From positions 852 through 64,851 of the forward strand of contig JARGFI010000009.1 of assembly GCA_029210745.1 (NCBI GenBank): a stretch of DNA of 64,000 nucleotides, written 5' to 3'. Shown piece by piece: positions 59,237 through 64,000 of this stretch (positions are counted from its first letter, which is position 1; each line of letters opens with the position of its first letter). Below the pieces are notes generated by a model. That model did no database searches. It saw only the letters and a program-made list of their open reading frames with translations, and was not told where the DNA came from. A program made the translations under genes and the position numbers. The DNA comes from Desulfuromonadales bacterium. Lineage in GTDB: Bacteria > Desulfobacterota > Desulfuromonadia > Desulfuromonadales > JAHYIW01.

Positions 59237-59509
59237 CTACAAACCTTTCGTACGCAGTCGTTCCAGGCGGCGGGATTCGTCGATAACGCGTTCAAAGAGA
59301 CGAATAATGGCATCATTTTCCAACGGGCCGCCGTTTGCCGCACTCATCGCTTCAAAGATGCGTTTCTCGCGTGCCGGGTCATAGACCGGCAGCCCCTTGT
59401 CTTTTTTGATCTCGCCGATAACCAGCGCCAGCGCCGCACGTTCATTGAAAATGCGCAGCAATTCCCGATCAAGTTCATCTATGCGTTTGCGAACATCGTC
59501 AATCAACAC
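59237..59509 (-). CDS. Chorismate mutase (AroQ class)
   Basis: RKRIDELD...ERA...IGEIK...YDPARE...IIDESR-like pattern. Confidence 0.9.
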   Translation of the reverse strand: MLIDDVRKRIDELDRELLRIFNERAALALVIGEIKKDKGLPVYDPAREKRIFEAMSAANGGPLENDAIIRLFERVIDESRRLERLRTKGL

Positions 59510-59518
59510 AGCCTGCTC

Positions 59519-61117
59519 CTAGAAGGTTTTCCGAATCAGGGTATCCTGTTTGCAACGGATGTCATCGGTTTCGGGATAGTCGATCGTATAATGCAAGCCA
59601 CGACTTTCCTTGCGGGTCAGGGCGCAACGGACAATAAGCTCGGCCACCGTGGTGATATTGCGCAGTTCAATCATGTCCGAAGTCACCTTGAAATCCCAGT
59701 AATAATCGTTGATCTCTTCCTTGATCATCTGGATGCGGCGGAGTGCGCGGACCAGCCGTTTGGTGGAACGCACAATGCCGACATAATTCCACATTGAACG
59801 ACGAATTTCGTCCCAGTTGTGAGCCACCACCACCTCTTCATCACTGTCGACCGCATCGCCGCTGTCCCAGGGAAGGATCAAGGGGTAGGGGGGGCATTTC
59901 TCGCTGAGCCGTGACAATGTGCGTTGTGCGGCACGATCACCGTAGACGGCACCTTCAAGCAGGCTGTTACTGGCCAGACGGTTGGCCCCGTGCAGCCCGG
60001 TACAGGATGTCTCGCCAATCGCGAAGAGATTGAAAATGTCAGTTTCGCCATGTTCATCAACGACGACCCCGCCGCAGAGGTAGTGGGCGGCCGGAACGAC
60101 CGGAATCGGTTCAGATACCATATCGATGCCGAACGAATTGCAGGTTTCATAAATATTCGGGAAACGGTCTTTGATATAAGCGGCTCCGGCATGGGTGATA
60201 TCGAGATAGACGCAGTCATCGCCATGCTTTTTCATTTCGCTGTCAATCGCGCGGGCGACAATGTCACGGGGGGCAAGATCTTTGAGCGGATGATATTCCG
60301 CCATAAATGCAGTTCCGTCAGCGCGCCGCAAAACAGCACCTTCACCGCGCACCGCTTCAGAAATCAGGAATGATTTGGCATGCGGGTGGTAGAGGGTGGT
60401 CGGATGAAATTGCATGAATTCCATATTGGCGATTGTTGCCCCGGCCCGGTACGCCATGGCGACCCCGTCCCCAGTGGCAACATCGGGGTTGCAGGTGTAG
60501 AGGTAAACCTTGCCGGCACCGCCGGTGGCCAGAGTTGTTGTGTGGGCACCAAATGTCACCACTTCACCGGTAGCGATGTTGAGGACATAGGCTCCGAGGC
60601 AGCGATTCGGTTTCATGCGCCGCTGCAAGATCTTGGCTTCAGTAATCAGGTCGACGGCAATATGATTTTCGTACACAGTAATATTCGGGTGAGCGCGCAC
60701 GGCCTCGACCAACGCGCGTTCAATCTCTTGTCCGGTAACATCCTTGACGTAAAGGATGCGGCGATGGCTGTGTCCGCCTTCGCGGGTGAGATCGAAATGG
60801 ATGCCGTCGGAACTGGAAAAACGCACCCCCCACTTGACCAGATCCTGTATCGCTTGCGGCCCGGCGGCGACGATCATTTTGACGATATCGTCGTGAGAAA
60901 GGAAACACCCGGCAACCATTGTGTCGCGTTCATGATCAGCAAAGGAATCGTCCCCGGCAGTAACGGCCGCAATCCCCCCTTGTGCCATGGCGGTTGCGGT
61001 GATATCCATCGTTCGCTTGGTAATAATCGCCACGGTCGCGGCATCTGCAACCTTCAGTGCATAGGAAAGACCGGCAATACCGCTGCCGATAACCAGACAG
61101 TCTGCTGTGATTTTCAT
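59519..61117 (-). CDS. nadB: L-aspartate oxidase
   Basis: [56 protein letters not shown]. Confidence 0.96.
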   Translation of the reverse strand: MKITADCLVIGSGIAGLSYALKVADAATVAIITKRTMDITATAMAQGGIAAVTAGDDSFADHERDTMVAGCFLSHDDIVKMIVAAGPQAIQDLVKWGVRFSSSDGIHFDLTREGGHSHRRILYVKDVTGQEIERALVEAVRAHPNITVYENHIAVDLITEAKILQRRMKPNRCLGAYVLNIATGEVVTFGAHTTTLATGGAGKVYLYTCNPDVATGDGVAMAYRAGATIANMEFMQFHPTTLYHPHAKSFLISEAVRGEGAVLRRADGTAFMAEYHPLKDLAPRDIVARAIDSEMKKHGDDCVYLDITHAGAAYIKDRFPNIYETCNSFGIDMVSEPIPVVPAAHYLCGGVVVDEHGETDIFNLFAIGETSCTGLHGANRLASNSLLEGAVYGDRAAQRTLSRLSEKCPPYPLILPWDSGDAVDSDEEVVVAHNWDEIRRSMWNYVGIVRSTKRLVRALRRIQMIKEEINDYYWDFKVTSDMIELRNITTVAELIVRCALTRKESRGLHYTIDYPETDDIRCKQDTLIRKTF

Positions 61118-61164
61118 GATTGAATCCTGCTCAGGTTGATGTCGCTGTCAATTCAAGGCTTCCG

Positions 61165-61193
61165 ATTATCGGTCCGTATATCCGCGTTGTCAA
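61165..61193 (-). promoter_or_regulatory. Sigma-70 promoter of nadB
   Basis: TTGACA-17 bp-GATAAT on the minus strand. Confidence 0.6.
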
Positions 61194-61279
61194 GCACTCG
61201 TGGCACCACTTACGGTTTAACTGATTGATATATTGGAAAAGTTTCGATATATTGTCACTTTAGAGAAAGGACTTCAGGG

Positions 61280-61852
61280 ATGTACTTGCGTGTTGCACCG
61301 ATGATTCTGTGTTTTGTTGTTGTCTTTGCCATCTCATCGGCAGGTGCGGATATCTACAAGTATGTCGATGCCCATGGCGTGATTCACTTCACCGACTGTC
61401 CAACGACCAATCGTTTCCGCATATATCGCCCGGATGCCGTTGATTCATTGCAGGCGGTGAGCCGTTGGGTGCGTCATTATGCTTCTATCTATCGGCTCGA
61501 AGCGGCGCTGGTGCACGCTGTCATCAAGGCGGAAAGCAATTACGATCCCCAGGCGGTGTCTTCCAAGGGGGCGTGCGGCATCATGCAGATCGAACCGAAA
61601 ACCGCGCGCCATCTCGGGGTGACCGATCCCTTCGACCCGCGCGAAGCGATTCGCGGCGGAAGCTCTTATCTGCGTCAATTGCTCGATCGTTTCCAGGGCA
61701 ATCTCGACCTGGCTCTGGCGGCGTACAATGCCGGCCCGACCGCTGTCTCCCACTATGGTGGTGTTCCACCGTATCCGGAAACCCGCAATTACATCAAAAA
61801 AGTCAAACGCTTTATGCGTGATTACAAGTCCGGCAAGGACATGATTTTATGA
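61280..61852 (+). CDS. Lytic transglycosylase (SLT domain)
   Basis: AVIKAES, GACGIMQ, ALAAYNAG, PPYPET; N-terminal DIYKYVD..GVIHFTD segment. Confidence 0.92.
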   Translation: MYLRVAPMILCFVVVFAISSAGADIYKYVDAHGVIHFTDCPTTNRFRIYRPDAVDSLQAVSRWVRHYASIYRLEAALVHAVIKAESNYDPQAVSSKGACGIMQIEPKTARHLGVTDPFDPREAIRGGSSYLRQLLDRFQGNLDLALAAYNAGPTAVSHYGGVPPYPETRNYIKKVKRFMRDYKSGKDMIL

Positions 61853-62436
61853 ATCTGCGTACCGGGCGCTTTAATCTGCCGAACCTGCTGACCCTGGCAC
61901 GGATTGCTGCTGTCCCGGTGGTGGTTATCCTGCTCTTCTTTGACAGCCGTCAGAGCGGTCTGTGGGCAGCGGCGGTCTTTTCCCTTGCTGCCATAACCGA
62001 CTGGCTTGATGGCTGGCTGGCGCGCAAATGGCAAGTGGTGTCGGTGCTCGGCAAATTTCTTGATCCGTTGGCCGACAAACTGATCGTCATGGCCGCTTTT
62101 ATCATGATGATTCCGCTGGGGCGCGTTCCGGCCTGGGCCGTTTTTCTGATTCTGGCGCGGGACATTATCGTTTCCGGCCTGCGTTCCATTGCCTCCTCCG
62201 AAGGGGTGGTGATCGATGCGAGTGATCTGGGTAAATACAAGACCATCTTCCAGATGGTCGCGGTAATCGGGCTGATGCTGCACTACGATTACTACTGGCT
62301 GTTCGGGTTGCGGTGGGAAATTTTTCATGTCTCAATGCACAATGTCGGGAGTTTTTTCTTCTATCTTTCGTTTGTCATGACATTATGGTCCGGAATCGAC
62401 TATCTGGTTAAATTCTTTAAGATAATTGACCGTTAA
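61849..62436 (+). CDS. pgsA: CDP-diacylglycerol--glycerol-3-phosphate 3-phosphatidyltransferase
   Basis: NLPNLLTLAR, TDWLDGWLAR...GKFLDPLADK. Confidence 0.95.
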   Translation: MNLRTGRFNLPNLLTLARIAAVPVVVILLFFDSRQSGLWAAAVFSLAAITDWLDGWLARKWQVVSVLGKFLDPLADKLIVMAAFIMMIPLGRVPAWAVFLILARDIIVSGLRSIASSEGVVIDASDLGKYKTIFQMVAVIGLMLHYDYYWLFGLRWEIFHVSMHNVGSFFFYLSFVMTLWSGIDYLVKFFKIIDR

Positions 62437-62465
62437 CGGTTTTTCTTGATGGGGAAACTTTTTGT

Positions 62466-62494
62466 TTGACTTGCCCAGGCTCATTTGTTATAAA
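62466..62494 (+). promoter_or_regulatory. Sigma-70 promoter of tRNA-Gly
   Basis: TTGACT-17 bp-TATAAA with extended TG and a GC-rich discriminator. Confidence 0.7.
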
Positions 62495-62528
62495 CGTCTC
62501 CGCTCGCACGATGGAGCACCCCCATTAC

Positions 62529-62603
62529 GCGGGAATAACTCAGTGGTAGAGTGCGACCTTGCCAAGGTCGAAGTCGCGGGTTCGAATCCCGTTTCCCGCT
62601 CCA
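62529..62603 (+). tRNA. tRNA-Gly (GCC)
   Basis: GCGGGAA/TTCCCGC acceptor stem, GACCT-TGCCA-AGGTC anticodon arm, GTTCGAATC T-loop, encoded CCA. Confidence 0.97.
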
Positions 62604-62609
62604 ACTATT

Positions 62610-62640
62610 AACCCCAGGACCACCGTCCTGGGGTTTTTTG
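62610..62640 (+). terminator. Rho-independent terminator after tRNA-Gly
   Basis: AACCCCAGGAC-CACC-GTCCTGGGGTT followed by a T run. Confidence 0.85.
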
Positions 62641-62658
62641 CTTTACACGAAGGCTGGT

Positions 62659-64000
62659 ATGAACACACTGCGTTTTTTTGCCTCAACGCCGAAACTCATC
62701 GAACAACTCCTTGCTGATGAACTTAAAACGTTTGGCGCACAGGAGGTCCAGGCGACCACCGCCGGAGTCGCTTTCAGCGGTTCGCTGGAGGTCGCTTACC
62801 GGGCCTGTCTCTGGTCGCGTTTTGCCAATCGTATCTTGCTGATTCTCAATGAGTTTGCCGCGCCCGATCCCGATGCCCTCTATGCCGGAGTGATGGCGAT
62901 CGATTGGGATCAGCACCTTTCTCCCGCGCAGACCATGGCGGTCGATGGCGTGGTCTTCTCATCACAGATCACCCATGGCGGATTTGCCGCGCTGCGGGTC
63001 AAAGATGCCGTCGTCGATTACTTCCGCGAACGCTGCGACAGTCGCCCGACGGTCGATACTCAGCGTCCCGATATCCAGTTGAATATCCGTCTGCGCCACG
63101 ATCAGGCGGTGCTGTCGCTCGACCTGTCGGGAGAGAGTCTGCACCGGCGTGGTTATCGTCTCGGGCGTGGTGCGGCACCGCTGAAAGAAAACCTGGCCGC
63201 TGCGGTACTGGCGCGTTCCGGGTGGCCGGAAATCGCTGCCGCCGGAGGTTCTTTTGTCGATCCGATGTGTGGCGCGGCGACGCTGGTGCTGGAGGCCGCA
63301 CTGATGGCGGCCGACATTGCGCCAGGACTTGGGCGGGACTATTTCGGATTTTTAAACTGGCGCGGCCACGATGCCGAACTGTGGGCACGTTTGCGCGAAG
63401 AAGCACGGCAACGCCGCCGCAGCGGTTTGCAAACCTTGCCGTTAATCCGTGGTTTCGATGCCGATGCTGCGGTGGTGCGTCGGGCGCAGACGAATGCGGT
63501 CCGTGCCGGGCTGGAGGGCGCGGTCAACTTTGAGCAACGCTCCATTCGCGAGCTGCATTCCGCTGATTTTTCTCTCCCCGCAAGCGGGTTGCTGGCGATC
63601 AATCCCCCCTACGGCAAGCGCCTCGGTGGCGAGGCGGCGGGGCTTGACGCCCTCTATGCCGACCTCGGGGCCTGCCTGCGCCGCGAGTTTGCGGGGTGGC
63701 GCGCGGCGGTACTGGTGTCGAACCCCGAACTTGGTCACCGCATCGGCCTGCGGGCGGAAAAGGTTCACAGCTTTTTCAACGGAACCCTGCCGTGCAAATT
63801 GCTTCAGTTTCGTATTGAGTCCGATCGCTTTACGGTGGCCGCCGATGCCGGACGCGCTGACGGCGAAAGTGCCGAGATGCTGCGCAACCGGCTGCGCAAG
63901 AACCTCAAATCCCTGGCCCCCTGGCTCAAGCGCGAGCACACCAACGCCTATCGTATCTATGATCGTGATCTGCCCGAGTATGCCGTTGCGATCGACCGTT
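62659..64000 (+). CDS. rlmL: Bifunctional 23S rRNA methyltransferase RlmKL (5' part; runs off the window; absent from the ORF track)
   Basis: Hand translation: MNTLRFFASTP..., AYRACLWSRFANRIL, SLHRRGYR, APLKENLAA, DPMCG, NPPYGKR, then RlmK start NRLRKN...YRIYDRDLPEYAVAID. Confidence 0.93.
   Translation, partial: MNTLRFFASTPKLIEQLLADELKTFGAQEVQATTAGVAFSGSLEVAYRACLWSRFANRILLILNEFAAPDPDALYAGVMAIDWDQHLSPAQTMAVDGVVFSSQITHGGFAALRVKDAVVDYFRERCDSRPTVDTQRPDIQLNIRLRHDQAVLSLDLSGESLHRRGYRLGRGAAPLKENLAAAVLARSGWPEIAAAGGSFVDPMCGAATLVLEAALMAADIAPGLGRDYFGFLNWRGHDAELWARLREEARQRRRSGLQTLPLIRGFDADAAVVRRAQTNAVRAGLEGAVNFEQRSIRELHSADFSLPASGLLAINPPYGKRLGGEAAGLDALYADLGACLRREFAGWRAAVLVSNPELGHRIGLRAEKVHSFFNGTLPCKLLQFRIESDRFTVAADAGRADGESAEMLRNRLRKNLKSLAPWLKREHTNAYRIYDRDLPEYAVAIDR

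Overview
This looks like a mostly core-genome segment of a Desulfuromonadales/Geobacterales-like deltaproteobacterium; the assignment is inferred from gene content and order. From the left it holds a Sel1 gene, yaiI, and a tightly coupled tlyA, tetrapyrrole-methylase-fold, U32-family, HIT and RelA/SpoT-like block. Cell-wall enzymes, a TatD-radical SAM fusion, metG-ricT-holB-tmk and rnc-era-der follow. Next come a 13-gene chemosensory cluster with no receptor gene, infA, leuS-lptE-holA, rpsT and murJ-ogt-gspAB. An accessory-looking stretch contains an orphan XRE/HipB-like gene with four palindromic operators, a full 9-gene V/A-type ATPase operon, a CBS-nucleotidyltransferase, YkgJ, HlyIII, and a truncated RAYT transposase carrying a REP doublet. 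The window ends with a sigma-54 two-component system with tlpA/ccdA, nadB plus chorismate mutase plus a stand-alone DAHP-synthase regulatory domain, slt-pgsA-tRNA-Gly, and the 5' part of rlmKL. The best candidates for undescribed biology are the methylase-U32 pair beside tlyA, the pseudo-synthetase RSH, and the symmetric four-operator array. All calls come from reading the sequence by eye, with no database searches.
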